Shown piece by piece: positions 29,190 to 38,975 of a stretch of 60,288 bases of DNA. The notes beneath the pieces were generated by a model, which was not told the DNA's origin, ran no database searches, and saw only the letters and a program-made list of their open reading frames with translations. The translations under genes were made by a program, and so were the position numbers. Source of the DNA: Actinomycetota bacterium (GTDB taxonomy: Bacteria; Actinomycetota; Acidimicrobiia; IMCC26256; VFJJ01); NCBI GenBank assembly GCA_009886115.1, contig VFJJ01000042.1:1-60288 (forward strand), read 5' to 3'. Within the stretch, counting starts at the first letter, position 1; every line of letters starts with the position of its first letter.

Positions 29190-30650
29190 ATGCTGGCCTT
29201 GGTGAGTCCCGACGACATGGCCGCGGCCGACCGTGCCGCGGTCGCATCGGGGACGCCGATCGACGTGCTCGTCGACCGTGCCGCCCGGGCCGTCGCCCGT
29301 CTCGCCCTGCGGATGCTCGGCGGCGGCTACGGACGCCGGGTCGTGGTGGTTGCCGGCAAGGGCCACAACGGCGCCGACGGGATCGTGGCCGCGGCCCATC
29401 TGGCGCGCCGGGGCGTGGCGACCGAGGTCTTCCGCCTCGGCGATGGCAACGGCGATGGCGACACCGCGTTCGACCGGACCGGGCTCGTGCGGGCGCTCGA
29501 TCGCGCCCACCTCGTCGTCGATGCCATGTACGGCACGGGTTTTCGCGGTGAGCTCCAGGGTGACGCCGTGTTCGCGGCCACCCAGATCGCGTCTCGGACG
29601 GTGCCGGTGCTCGCCGTCGACATCCCCAGCGGCGTCGACGGCGCAACCGGTCTCGTCGCGGGCGTCGCCGTGCGGGCCAGCGCCACCATCTGTTTCGCGG
29701 CGCTCAAGCCGGGATTGGTGTTCGAGCCCGGACGGTCGCATGCGGGCTCGGTCGAGATCGTCGACATCGGCATCGACGTTGGCTCCCCGCTCGTCGGCGT
29801 CACCACCGCCGCCGACGTGACGGCATGGCTTCCGGCCCGATCGTCTGTCGACCACAAGTGGGCGGCGGGGCTCATGATCGTCGCCGGCTCGCGCGGGATG
29901 ACCGGCGCCGCGCTCATGGTCGGCAACGCCGCCCTCCGGGCCGGTTCGGGCATGGTGGTGCTGGGCCTTCCGGGGAAGGGCGCCGCCGCGGCAGCCTCCG
30001 GGAGCGAGCTCGTCGTGAAGGCGCTCACGGCCACCCCCGACGGTGGGCTCGACGTCCACGGCGCCGCCGACGCCCTCGAAGACCTCGGTCGCTTCCGAGC
30101 GCTGGCCGTGGGACCGGGACTCGGGCGCGAGCCGGCGACCCGGATCGCCGTGTGCACGTTGGTCGCCGAGGCGGCCATCCCGCTCGTCCTCGACGCCGAC
30201 GGGATCAACGCCCTCGGCGGCGACTTCTCGTTGCTGCGCCAGCGAGTGGTGCCGGCGGTGCTCACCCCGCACGAGGGCGAGTACGGGCGGATGGCTGGGC
30301 GCGGCGTGGGCGCCGACCGCATCGAGGCCGCCTGCTGGCTGGCCTACGAAACCCGTTCGATCGTCCTGCTGAAGGGCCCGGGTACCGTCGTCGCTGCGCC
30401 CGACGGTCGGGTGGCCGTGAATCCCACGGGCGGCCCGTGGCTGGCGACGGCCGGGACGGGCGACGTGCTGACCGGGATCATCGGGGCGTTCCTGGCCCGC
30501 GGAGTCGAGCCGTTCCAGGCGGCGGCGGCGGCCGCGTTCGTCCACGGGCGGGCTGCCCGCGAGGCCCCGTCGCTCGTTGGGCTGGTCGCGGGTGATCTCG
30601 TGGCTGCCCTACCCCGTACGCTGGCAGCGTTGGGTCCGATCAGGCCATAG
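29190..30650 (+). CDS. nnr: bifunctional NAD(P)HX epimerase/dehydratase
   Basis: GKGHNGADG, VDAMYGTG, AVDIPSG, LDADG, LTPHEGE, LATAGTGDVLTG. Confidence 0.93.
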   Translation: MLALVSPDDMAAADRAAVASGTPIDVLVDRAARAVARLALRMLGGGYGRRVVVVAGKGHNGADGIVAAAHLARRGVATEVFRLGDGNGDGDTAFDRTGLVRALDRAHLVVDAMYGTGFRGELQGDAVFAATQIASRTVPVLAVDIPSGVDGATGLVAGVAVRASATICFAALKPGLVFEPGRSHAGSVEIVDIGIDVGSPLVGVTTAADVTAWLPARSSVDHKWAAGLMIVAGSRGMTGAALMVGNAALRAGSGMVVLGLPGKGAAAAASGSELVVKALTATPDGGLDVHGAADALEDLGRFRALAVGPGLGREPATRIAVCTLVAEAAIPLVLDADGINALGGDFSLLRQRVVPAVLTPHEGEYGRMAGRGVGADRIEAACWLAYETRSIVLLKGPGTVVAAPDGRVAVNPTGGPWLATAGTGDVLTGIIGAFLARGVEPFQAAAAAAFVHGRAAREAPSLVGLVAGDLVAALPRTLAALGPIRP

Positions 30651-30667
30651 CCGTCAAGGAGCTCCCG

Positions 30668-31135
30668 ATGCCCCGCTCGATCCTCGCCCGCGACGTGATG
30701 ACCGCAGACCCGGTCACGGTCTCGCCCGATACGTCGGTCGACGACGCGGCCACGTTGCTGGCCGAGCACCGATTCGGCGCCCTCCCCGTGGTCGACGGTG
30801 CCGGGCTGCTCGTGGGGATGCTGCGCGACGACGACCTCATCGTGTCGGAAGCGCGTCTGCACATCCCCACCGTGTTCGAGCTGTTCGGGGGCATGTTCGT
30901 ACTGCCCGGCCAGAAGCACCGGTTCGAGGAGGAGCTGCACAAGATCGGAGGATCGACCGTCGCCGAGGTGATGGACGCCGATCCGCCCACGCTCGCGCCC
31001 GACGACACGGTCGAGACGGTCGCCACGGTGATGCACGACCAGGCGGCCACGCACCTCCCCGTGGTCGTCGACGGGCGCTGCGTGGGGATCGTGGCCCGGG
31101 GCGATCTCGTGCGCCTGCTCGCGGCCGAGCGCTGA
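30668..31135 (+). CDS. CBS-domain pair protein
   Basis: ARDVMT.DPVTV.PD...LPVVD.. pattern present twice. Confidence 0.9.
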   Translation: MPRSILARDVMTADPVTVSPDTSVDDAATLLAEHRFGALPVVDGAGLLVGMLRDDDLIVSEARLHIPTVFELFGGMFVLPGQKHRFEEELHKIGGSTVAEVMDADPPTLAPDDTVETVATVMHDQAATHLPVVVDGRCVGIVARGDLVRLLAAER

Positions 31136-31218
31136 GCCGGCGTCGCGGCGATCACGGCGACCCCGGCGATCACGTCGAGCACGGCCCCGACCCCCAGCGC
31201 GAGGACGACAGGCCCGCC

Positions 31219-32427
31219 ATGGTCAGCCCGGCCGCGCTGAGCCGGCCCGTGTGGGCCGAGATCGATGTCGACGCCATCGCCCACAACACCCGGGTGATGG
31301 CGGGCGTGGCCGCACCGGCGAGCGTCTGCGCCGTCGTCAAGGCCGACGGATACGGCCACGGGGCGGTCGCTGCCGCTCGGGCCGCGCTCGCCGGCGGCGC
31401 GTCGATGCTCGCCGTCGCCGTGCTCGAGGAAGCGGCCGAGCTGCGCGCCGCGGCGATCACCGCACCGATCCTCCTGCTCGCCGAGCCGCCGCCGTCGACC
31501 GTCGACATGGTCGTTGCCCTCGCGGTCACACCGGTCGTGTACTCCCATGCGTTCGTCGATGCCCTCGAAGCGGAGCTGGACCGGCCCCGGTGGCCTTCGG
31601 GGAGCTCGCCCACCTCGCCGAGCTCGCCGGGCCCAGACCACACCCAACGTTGGCCGGTGCACCTCAAGGTCGACACCGGGATGCACCGGGTCGGGTGCCA
31701 CCCAGCCGACGCTGCGGGGCTGGCTCAGAAGATCGCGACGTCGGCTGCGCTGCGCCTCGACGGTCTCATGACCCACGTCGCCACCGGTGACGTCGCGGGT
31801 CACCCGCTCCTCGACGCCCAGCTCGCCCGCTTCGCGGCGACGTACGAAACGTTGCGCGCGCTGGGCGTTTCGCCGGCGATGGTGCACGCGGCCAACTCGG
31901 CCACGGCGATCCTGGTGCCCGAGGCCCGGTTCTCGATGGTGCGCTGCGGCATCTCGCTCTACGGGATCGAGCCCGCACCCGGGATCGGCGCCGATCTCGG
32001 CCTGCGCCCGGCCCTGCGGCTGGCCGGGCGCATCAGCCGGCTGCACGAGCTCGAGACGGGCGAGTCGGTCTCGTACGGCGCCCGGCACGTCTGCGAGCGC
32101 CCGTCGATCGTGGCGACCGTCCCCATCGGGTACGCCGACGGGATCCCACGGGCGCTGGGCCTCGTGGGCGGCCCGGTGCTCGTGGGCGGGCGACGGTGCC
32201 CCATCGTCGGGGTGGTCACCATGGACCAGCTGATGATCGACCTGGGTCGACCGGGCGAGGTCGATCGCTCGACCGCTGTCGGCAGTGAGGTCGTGTTCCT
32301 CGGACGCCAGGGCGGCGACGAGATCACCGCCAACGAGTGGGCGAGGCTGCTCGACACCATCGGCTACGAGATCACGACCCGGATCGGCCCCCGCGTGCCG
32401 CGGATCGTCGTGGGCGGGACCCGATGA
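31219..32427 (+). CDS. alr: alanine racemase
   Basis: AVVKADGYGHG, HLKVDTGMHRVG, HAANSA, PIGYADG, TMDQ, TIGYEI. Confidence 0.96.
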   Translation: MVSPAALSRPVWAEIDVDAIAHNTRVMAGVAAPASVCAVVKADGYGHGAVAAARAALAGGASMLAVAVLEEAAELRAAAITAPILLLAEPPPSTVDMVVALAVTPVVYSHAFVDALEAELDRPRWPSGSSPTSPSSPGPDHTQRWPVHLKVDTGMHRVGCHPADAAGLAQKIATSAALRLDGLMTHVATGDVAGHPLLDAQLARFAATYETLRALGVSPAMVHAANSATAILVPEARFSMVRCGISLYGIEPAPGIGADLGLRPALRLAGRISRLHELETGESVSYGARHVCERPSIVATVPIGYADGIPRALGLVGGPVLVGGRRCPIVGVVTMDQLMIDLGRPGEVDRSTAVGSEVVFLGRQGGDEITANEWARLLDTIGYEITTRIGPRVPRIVVGGTR

Positions 32428-33491
32428 GCGAGCGCACCGGGATGCGGCGGATGCTCGTGGGCGCCGGGCTCGCCGGGGCCGGCATCGCCACCGCGCTCGC
32501 CGCGGCCTACGGCGTCGAGCGCCTGGTCGTGCGGCGTCTCCGCAGAGGAACTGGAGACGCCAGCCCCGCGGGGAGCCGGGCGGAGCTCGTCCCCCCGGTC
32601 GATCGCGCGCAGTTCATCGACACCGCCGACGGCGCTCGGCTCCATGTGCTCGAGCGAGGTTCCGGTCGGCCGGTCGTGCTCGTGCACGGATACACGCTCT
32701 CGATCGCCGTGTGGACCCTCCAGCTCGAGCGCTGGCCCGGCGCCGTCGGAGGGCTGCAGGTGATCGCGTACGACCAGCGGGGCCACGGGGCGTCCGACGT
32801 CGGGGCCGACGGGCTGACGGTCGACGCCCTGGTCGACGATCTCGTCGCCGTGCTGGAGCGGCTCGATCTCCACGACGCGGTGCTCGTCGGCCACTCGCTC
32901 GGCGGCATGGTCGTGCAGGCGCTCGCCGCCCGTCGGCCCGAGGTGGTGGCCCGTCGGGTGGCCGGGGCCGTGCTGATGTCGAGTGCTCCCAAGGGATTGT
33001 CGATCACCGGATCGCCCGTGGCCGCGATCGTCGAACGGCTGGGCTCGGCGTTCGGACGGGTCGCGCCGTCGGTCATGGGCAACGACGACATCGGGTTCCT
33101 CATGGCCGCCATGGGCGTCGGCGAACGTCCTCCGGCCTGGGTGATCGAGCGGAGCCAGGAGTTGATCGGCGCAACGTCGCCCGAGACCGTGATGGCCGGC
33201 GCCCGGGCGCTGCTGCGCTTCGACATCGTCGACGAGTTGGGAGCGATCGACCTGCCGGTGCTGATCGTCTGCGGCACCCGCGATCGGCTCACACCGATGA
33301 AGCAGTCGGAGCTCATGGCCGAGCGCATCCCGGGGGCCCGACTGGCGCGGATCGAACGGGCGGGTCATGTCATCATGCTCGAACGGCCCGATGAGCTCGA
33401 CACGCTCGTGCTCGACTTCGTGCGATCGTTGCCCGCCGTCGCGGCGTCGGCCGCGGCTGGCGGTACGGCACCTCCGGGGAGCGCGCGATGA
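32424..33491 (+). CDS. alpha/beta hydrolase with N-terminal membrane anchor
   Basis: VLVHG, YDQRGHG.S, VGHSLGG nucleophile elbow, AGH..MLERP. Confidence 0.88.
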   Translation: MSERTGMRRMLVGAGLAGAGIATALAAAYGVERLVVRRLRRGTGDASPAGSRAELVPPVDRAQFIDTADGARLHVLERGSGRPVVLVHGYTLSIAVWTLQLERWPGAVGGLQVIAYDQRGHGASDVGADGLTVDALVDDLVAVLERLDLHDAVLVGHSLGGMVVQALAARRPEVVARRVAGAVLMSSAPKGLSITGSPVAAIVERLGSAFGRVAPSVMGNDDIGFLMAAMGVGERPPAWVIERSQELIGATSPETVMAGARALLRFDIVDELGAIDLPVLIVCGTRDRLTPMKQSELMAERIPGARLARIERAGHVIMLERPDELDTLVLDFVRSLPAVAASAAAGGTAPPGSAR

Positions 33492-34423
33492 CGGTCGAGG
33501 TCGGGTCAGGTCGATCGATCACCGACGTGCCCGGGATTCGCGTCGGCCATTGGACGGGCGCCGGCACCGGGGTGACGGCCGTGCTCGCCCCGAGCGGCAC
33601 CATCGGCTCCGGGGAGGTGCGCGGCGGCGCGCCCGCCTCTCGCGAGACCGCGCTGCTCGAGCCCAGCCGGCTCGTCGAGCGGGTCGACGCGGTGATCCTC
33701 GCTGGCGGTTCGGCGTTCGGGCTCGCCGCAGCCGACGGGGCCATGCGCTTCCTCGCCGAGCGGGGCCAGGGCTTTCCGACCGCAGGCGGACCGGTCCCCA
33801 TCGTCGTCAGCGCGTGCATCTTCGACCTGGTCAGCTCGGGTGGCGAGCTTCCCGCGCCCGAGCACGGCTATGCCGCCTGCGTCGATGCCGAGCAGGGACG
33901 CCGCGCTGACAACAGAATCGACAACCGAATCGGGGGCCGAATCGGTGCGGGTCGGGGCGCCACGGTCGGGAAGTGGCGCGGTGGCGAGTTCTCGGTGCCC
34001 GGCGGTGTGGGCTCGGCGTCGATCCGTCACGGCGATCTCGTCGTCGGGGCCCTGGCCGTCGTCAACGCCGCAGGCGACGTGATCGGCGCCGACGGGACGA
34101 TCGTCGCCGGATCGCGGGCGGCCTCGGATGTCGGGCCGTTCCTCACCTCGGCCGCCTCCGAGAACACCACCCTGATCGTCGTCGCCACCAACGCCACCCT
34201 CACCCGCTCCGAGGCTTTCCTCCTGGCCCAGAGCGCCCATCACGGGCTCGCCGTCGCGGTGCGACCGTCGCACACCCGCTTCGACGGTGACATCGCGTTC
34301 ACGCTGGCGACGGGCGAGCTGGGGAGGGGCGATCCGCCGAACCCCGGAGCGGGGGTCGACCTCGCTCGCCTGCTCGCCGTCGATGCCGTGGCCGCAGCGG
34401 TGAGATCGGCCGTGATGCCCTGA
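33488..34423 (+). CDS. P1/S58 (DmpA-like) peptidase
   Basis: ITDVPGIRVGH, RGGAPASRET, GGSAFGL, ENTTL.VVATNA, HTRFDGD. Confidence 0.9.
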   Translation: MTVEVGSGRSITDVPGIRVGHWTGAGTGVTAVLAPSGTIGSGEVRGGAPASRETALLEPSRLVERVDAVILAGGSAFGLAAADGAMRFLAERGQGFPTAGGPVPIVVSACIFDLVSSGGELPAPEHGYAACVDAEQGRRADNRIDNRIGGRIGAGRGATVGKWRGGEFSVPGGVGSASIRHGDLVVGALAVVNAAGDVIGADGTIVAGSRAASDVGPFLTSAASENTTLIVVATNATLTRSEAFLLAQSAHHGLAVAVRPSHTRFDGDIAFTLATGELGRGDPPNPGAGVDLARLLAVDAVAAAVRSAVMP

Positions 34424-34466
34424 GGCATCCGATTCGTGCCGTTGACCGGGCACCTCTCGAACGGGT

Positions 34467-35501
34467 GTGATCTCCTCGATGCCCCGACCACGTCGCCTTC
34501 GTACGCCGCACCAGCGCTCGCAGCCCGCGACGCGGCGTGGGTTCGGACGTGGGTTCGGACGTGGGTTCGGACGTGGGATCGGGCGGCGGAGCACCTGCGC
34601 GTTGCAGGCGATCCCGGTGGCGATCCTGCAGGCGATCCTGGTGGCGAGCCTTGTGATCCTGTGCGCCGCCACGCTCCCGGTGGTCCCCGCTGGAGCCCAG
34701 ACCGCGCCGGGATCGGGCGGGTTCTGCTCGGACCCCGTCGCGGCCTGCACCCGCAGCGTGCACGTCCCCGGGACGTCGTCGACCCCGGGAACCGGTCCCC
34801 GCAGCACATACTGGATCATCGAGCTGGAAGTGAACCCGCTGCTGTGTCGCAACCCTGACGCCCTGGCCCGACGCTTCGAGCTTCGCCGGATCGGTACCGA
34901 CGAGCTGATCTACCAGCGGACGGAGTGTCTCGGGCCGGCGACCGAGGGAACGGCCCAGCCTCTCCCCACCCCGGAGGAGGTGTGGGACGTGGCCCCGCTC
35001 GCCTCCCCCGACCTCTTCACCGACCCCGGCTGCCGGGGCTTGGTGGGCATCGAGAACCACCTCTGGGCCGTGGCGAGCCAGCCGGTCGTCGCTGCGGTCG
35101 ACCTCGCGGGATGGACGCTGGCCGTCGACGCCGAGCCCATCGCCTGGCGCTGGCAGATCGAGCCCCGCGAGGTCGACGTGCCTGACGGGTCGAACGCCGT
35201 GCCGGGCGCCGAGTACTCGAGCCTCCGGCCGGGTTCGGTCGAGGCCCCGGTTGCCGCGCACGTCTTCGAGTCGGCCGGACGCTACGGCTTCTCGGTGGTC
35301 GAGACCTGGACGGGCAGCTTCACGGCCACTGCTGGAGGCGTCACGCTCGGGCCCATCCCGATCGGCCTCGTGGAGCTCACCACGACCGCGCCGTACCGGG
35401 TCGTGGAGGTGCAGGCGGTGCTCCTCGGCCCCGGTGGCCCCGGTGGCCCCGCCGGCGCAGCGCCCGTCGATCCCACGGCTGGTCTCGCCTGCGCAGCCTG
35501 A
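34467..35501 (+). CDS. putative secreted protein with C-terminal PKD/Ig-like domain (start uncertain)
   Basis: Hydrophobic signal-like segment ending AGA-Q; GLVG...LW, AHVFESAGRY.FSVVETWTG, RVVEVQAVL. Confidence 0.55.
   Translation: MISSMPRPRRLRTPHQRSQPATRRGFGRGFGRGFGRGIGRRSTCALQAIPVAILQAILVASLVILCAATLPVVPAGAQTAPGSGGFCSDPVAACTRSVHVPGTSSTPGTGPRSTYWIIELEVNPLLCRNPDALARRFELRRIGTDELIYQRTECLGPATEGTAQPLPTPEEVWDVAPLASPDLFTDPGCRGLVGIENHLWAVASQPVVAAVDLAGWTLAVDAEPIAWRWQIEPREVDVPDGSNAVPGAEYSSLRPGSVEAPVAAHVFESAGRYGFSVVETWTGSFTATAGGVTLGPIPIGLVELTTTAPYRVVEVQAVLLGPGGPGGPAGAAPVDPTAGLACAA
34536..34583 (+). repeat. 12-bp tandem repeat CGTGGGTTCGGA x3 plus one degenerate copy
   Basis: Read directly; encodes RGFG repeats. 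Confidence 0.9.
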
Positions 35502-35622
35502 ACAGCGCGGCCCGTCGGCGCTACCGCGACGATCCCGCCGACGTGGGCCCCCTGGGGGGTTACGATCCCGGGATGCCGGCCCGGTTCCCCTGCTCCTCCC
35601 CTCGAGCGATCGGCTCCCGACG

Positions 35623-36123
35623 ATGAACGTCAACCCCGCGGGCGCCGGCTCGCTCGTCGTGGTGTCGCACTCGGTGGCCGACACGCACCGCCTGGCGTCG
35701 CAGCTCTGCGACGTCCTGCGACCCGGGGATCTGGTGTTGCTCTGCGGCGATCTCGGGACCGGCAAGACGGCGTTCACGAAGGGTCTCGCCGCCAGCCTCG
35801 GTATCGACGATCAGGTCACGAGCCCCACGTTCGTGCTCGTGCAGACCTACGACGGCCCGGTGCCGATCGTGCACGTCGACGTGTACCGCCTCGAGCATGC
35901 CGGCGAGCTCGAGGCCTTGGCGCTCGAGGAGCTCCTCGACGAGACGGCGATCGGTGTCATCGAGTGGGGTGACCGGTTCGCCGCGCACCTCCCACCCGAC
36001 CGTCTCGAGATCATGTTCTCGCCCGGGGCCGGCATCGACGACCGGACCGTGGTGCTGGTGCCCCAGGGTCCGTCGTGGCACGCCCGGCGCCGCCTGCTGG
36101 CCGAGCTCGTCGAGGGCTTCTGA
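35623..36123 (+). CDS. tsaE: tRNA t6A biosynthesis ATPase TsaE
   Basis: GDLGTGKT.F, VTSPTFVL, HVDVYRL, IEWG. Confidence 0.95.
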   Translation: MNVNPAGAGSLVVVSHSVADTHRLASQLCDVLRPGDLVLLCGDLGTGKTAFTKGLAASLGIDDQVTSPTFVLVQTYDGPVPIVHVDVYRLEHAGELEALALEELLDETAIGVIEWGDRFAAHLPPDRLEIMFSPGAGIDDRTVVLVPQGPSWHARRRLLAELVEGF

Positions 36124-36126
36124 CCC

Positions 36127-36822
36127 ATGGCTCATCTCCTGTGCATCGACACGTCCACCGCGCAGGTGGGTGTCGCTGTCGTCAGCGAGGCCGGCATCCT
36201 GGGCGAGGTCCGACTGGCTCGGGGCCGCCTCCACGCCGAGCAGTTGGCGCCGGCGGTGAGCTACCTGCTCGCCGAGCTCGACCTGAGCCCCTCGGGGCTC
36301 GCCGCCATCGCCGTGGGCAACGGACCGGGGTTGTTCACCGGCCTCCGGGTGGGCGTCACCACCGCCAAGGTGATGGCCCAGGCGTTGCGCATCCCGGTGA
36401 TCCCCGTGTCGTCGCTCGATCTCCTCGCGTACCCGCTGCGTCACACCCGGCGCCTCATCGTTGCCGCGATCGATGCGCGTCGGGGCGAGATCTTCCACGC
36501 GTCGTACCGGCGGGTGCCCGGAGGCATCCAGCGCCTCGGTGCGTACCAGGTGGGCCGGTCGTCGGCGTTGGCAGCCGAGCTCCAAGCCGGTGCCCAGGAG
36601 GTGTTGCTCGTCGGTGACGGGGCCGTGCGCTATGCCGACGAGTTCAACGGATCGGCCCTGATCGAGACGGCGTCGGCCATTCACTCCCACCCGAGCCCCG
36701 GCGCGCTGGCCGAGCTGGCCCTGGCGCGCTACCAACGCGAGGAATTCTCCCAACCCTGGGCGATCGAGATCCTCTATCTGCGCAAGGCCGACGCCGAGGC
36801 CAACTGGGAGGTCGGACGGTGA
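36127..36822 (+). CDS. tsaB: tRNA t6A biosynthesis protein TsaB
   Basis: LCIDTST, HAEQL.P, GPGLFTGLRVG, IDARRGE. Confidence 0.95.
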   Translation: MAHLLCIDTSTAQVGVAVVSEAGILGEVRLARGRLHAEQLAPAVSYLLAELDLSPSGLAAIAVGNGPGLFTGLRVGVTTAKVMAQALRIPVIPVSSLDLLAYPLRHTRRLIVAAIDARRGEIFHASYRRVPGGIQRLGAYQVGRSSALAAELQAGAQEVLLVGDGAVRYADEFNGSALIETASAIHSHPSPGALAELALARYQREEFSQPWAIEILYLRKADAEANWEVGR

Positions 36823-37406
36823 GCGTCGCGGGCGAGGTCTCGGGAGCGGGCACGAGCGCGCTCACGGCCATCGTGCCCATGCGCAAGCGTCACGTCCGGG
36901 CCGTCCTGCGCATCGAGTCGCTCGTGTACCCCAGGCCTTGGACGGCCTCATTGTTCATGTCCGAGCTGGCGTTGCGCTCGAGCCGGTCGTACTTCGTCGC
37001 CCTCGCCGGGCGTGAGGTCGTCGGCTACGCCGGGTTGATGGCTGCGCCCGACGAGGGTCACGTCACGACCATCGCCGTCGACCCGGCGGCGCAGGGTCGA
37101 CAGATCGGCACGCATCTGATGCTCACCCTCACCCGGGCCGCGCTCTCCCGGGGGCTGTGCGCCATGACCCTCGAGGTTCGGATGGGCAACCTCTCGGCAC
37201 AGGCCCTGTACCGGAAGTTCGGGTACGTGCCCGTCGGCGTGCGACCGAAGTACTACCCCGAGACCAACGAGGACGCGCTCATCATGTGGGCTCACGACGT
37301 GCACCTCGCCGACTATCAGGCCCGGTTGAGCGCCATCGAGCATGCGCTCGACGGCGGGCTCGTCGAGGTCTCACCTATCGGTCCTCTGGGGGTCGCCACA
37401 TGGTGA
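36819..37406 (+). CDS. rimI: ribosomal-protein-alanine N-acetyltransferase
   Basis: GNAT: TIAVDP..QGRQIG, LEVR..N..AQALY.KFG, YY...EDALIM; between tsaB and tsaD. Confidence 0.92.
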   Translation: MSVAGEVSGAGTSALTAIVPMRKRHVRAVLRIESLVYPRPWTASLFMSELALRSSRSYFVALAGREVVGYAGLMAAPDEGHVTTIAVDPAAQGRQIGTHLMLTLTRAALSRGLCAMTLEVRMGNLSAQALYRKFGYVPVGVRPKYYPETNEDALIMWAHDVHLADYQARLSAIEHALDGGLVEVSPIGPLGVATW

Positions 37407-38416
37407 TCTTGCGATCGTTGCGCATCCTCGGGATCGAGACCTCGTGCGACGAGACGGCGGCGGCGGTCGTCGAGGGCGGGTCGATGGTCTGCTCGTCGGT
37501 CGTCGCCAGCCAGGCCGAGCGGCACGCCCGTTTCGGCGGGGTCGTGCCCGAGATCGCGAGCCGGCTGCACGTCGACGTCATCACCGACGTGATCGCCCGA
37601 GCCCTGGTCGAGGCCGGGCTCGACTTCCCCGAGCTCGACGCGGTGGCGGCCACCCACGGCCCGGGCCTGGCCGGCGCGCTCCTCGTAGGAGTGAGCGCGG
37701 CCAAGGCCATCGCCCTCGCCCATGGCATCCCCTACATCGGGGTCAATCACCTCGAGGCCCATCTGTACGCGGCGTTCCTCGAGGAGCCCGATCTGGTGTT
37801 GCCCATGGTGGTGCTGCTCGCCTCCGGCGGCCACACGATGATCGTCCACATGATCGACCACGGCAGGTACGTCGTGCTCGGCCGGACCGTCGACGACGCG
37901 GCCGGCGAGTGCTTCGACAAGGTCGCCCGATTCGCCGGCCTGGGCTACCCCGGTGGCCCGGCGATCGACCGTCTGGCCATCGACGGTGACCCGACCTCCA
38001 TCCGGTTCCCGCGCCCGATGCTCGACGAGGGCTACGACTTCTCGTTCTCGGGGCTCAAGACCGCGGTCATCAACCACGTGAGGAACCATCCCGACGACGA
38101 TCTTCCCGACCTGTGCGCGTCGGTGCAGGAGGCGATCGTCGACACCCTGGTGATCAAGCTCATGCGGGCGGCACGTGAGGTCGACGCCAAGGCCGTCGTG
38201 ATCGGTGGCGGGGTCGCGGCGAACACCGCGCTCCGCACCCGGGTGCTCGACGAGGCCGCACGGGCCGGGATCAGGGCGTTCGTCCCGGCCCGCTGGCTGT
38301 GCACCGACAACGCGGCCATGATCGCCTCGGTGGCCTGGTGGCGGCTCCACAGCGACGGGCCCACCTCGCTGGCTTCGGGCGCGTACCCGAACCTGCGCCT
38401 CCCCGTGGTGGGATGA
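37400..38416 (+). CDS. tsaD: tRNA t6A transferase TsaD
   Basis: LGIETSCDET, GGVVPEIASR.H, VNHLEAH, SGGHT, DFSFSGLKTA, CTDNAAMIA. Confidence 0.97.
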   Translation: MVILRSLRILGIETSCDETAAAVVEGGSMVCSSVVASQAERHARFGGVVPEIASRLHVDVITDVIARALVEAGLDFPELDAVAATHGPGLAGALLVGVSAAKAIALAHGIPYIGVNHLEAHLYAAFLEEPDLVLPMVVLLASGGHTMIVHMIDHGRYVVLGRTVDDAAGECFDKVARFAGLGYPGGPAIDRLAIDGDPTSIRFPRPMLDEGYDFSFSGLKTAVINHVRNHPDDDLPDLCASVQEAIVDTLVIKLMRAAREVDAKAVVIGGGVAANTALRTRVLDEAARAGIRAFVPARWLCTDNAAMIASVAWWRLHSDGPTSLASGAYPNLRLPVVG

Positions 38417-38450
38417 GCTGTCGATCGCCTCGATCAGCGTCGTTCCCGAG

Positions 38451-38477
38451 TTAGCACTCGCCACGTTGGAGTGCTAA
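38451..38477. promoter_or_regulatory. CIRCE operator (HrcA binding site)
   Basis: Perfect TTAGCACTC-N9-GAGTGCTAA upstream of groES. Confidence 0.97.
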
Positions 38478-38654
38478 TCTTCCGTCACCGGGGCGGTGCG
38501 AGCCAGGGACCCACAAGTTCCCACTCCAGCCTCCGATTCCGAGCGTGAGCTCGCAGTCGGGCCCCGTCCGTCGACCCGGTCGGGTCGCGGCTCGTTCCAT
38601 AACCAACCGAGCTTTCCAGCACCCGCAGGTGAAGCGTCGAGGAGGCGTCATCCC

Positions 38655-38945
38655 ATGAAGCTGCAGCCGCTCGAGGACCGTATCGTTGTCAGGTCCATCG
38701 ACAAGGAGTCGACGACGGCCAGTGGTCTGGTCATCCCCGACACCGCGAAAGAAAAGCCCCAGCAGGGCGAAGTGCTCGCCGTCGGCCCGGGCCGTCGTGC
38801 CGAGCAGTCGGGCGAGCTCGTCCCGCTCGACATCAAGGTGGGCGACACCGTCGTCTTCTCGAAGTACGGCGGCACCGAGTTCACCATCGACGGCGAGGAC
38901 CTCTTGATCCTCAACAGCCGTGACGTGCTCGCCAAGGTCGGCTGA
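38655..38945 (+). CDS. groES: co-chaperonin GroES
   Basis: [44 protein letters not shown]. Confidence 0.98.
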   Translation: MKLQPLEDRIVVRSIDKESTTASGLVIPDTAKEKPQQGEVLAVGPGRRAEQSGELVPLDIKVGDTVVFSKYGGTEFTIDGEDLLILNSRDVLAKVG

Positions 38946-38975
38946 CCGACCTCATCGCCGCACAGATCTGAACCA

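Noticed and set aside
34536..34583. Possible CRISPR array (also considered at 41060)
   Set aside because: Contiguous tandem units with no spacers, and no cas genes in the window.
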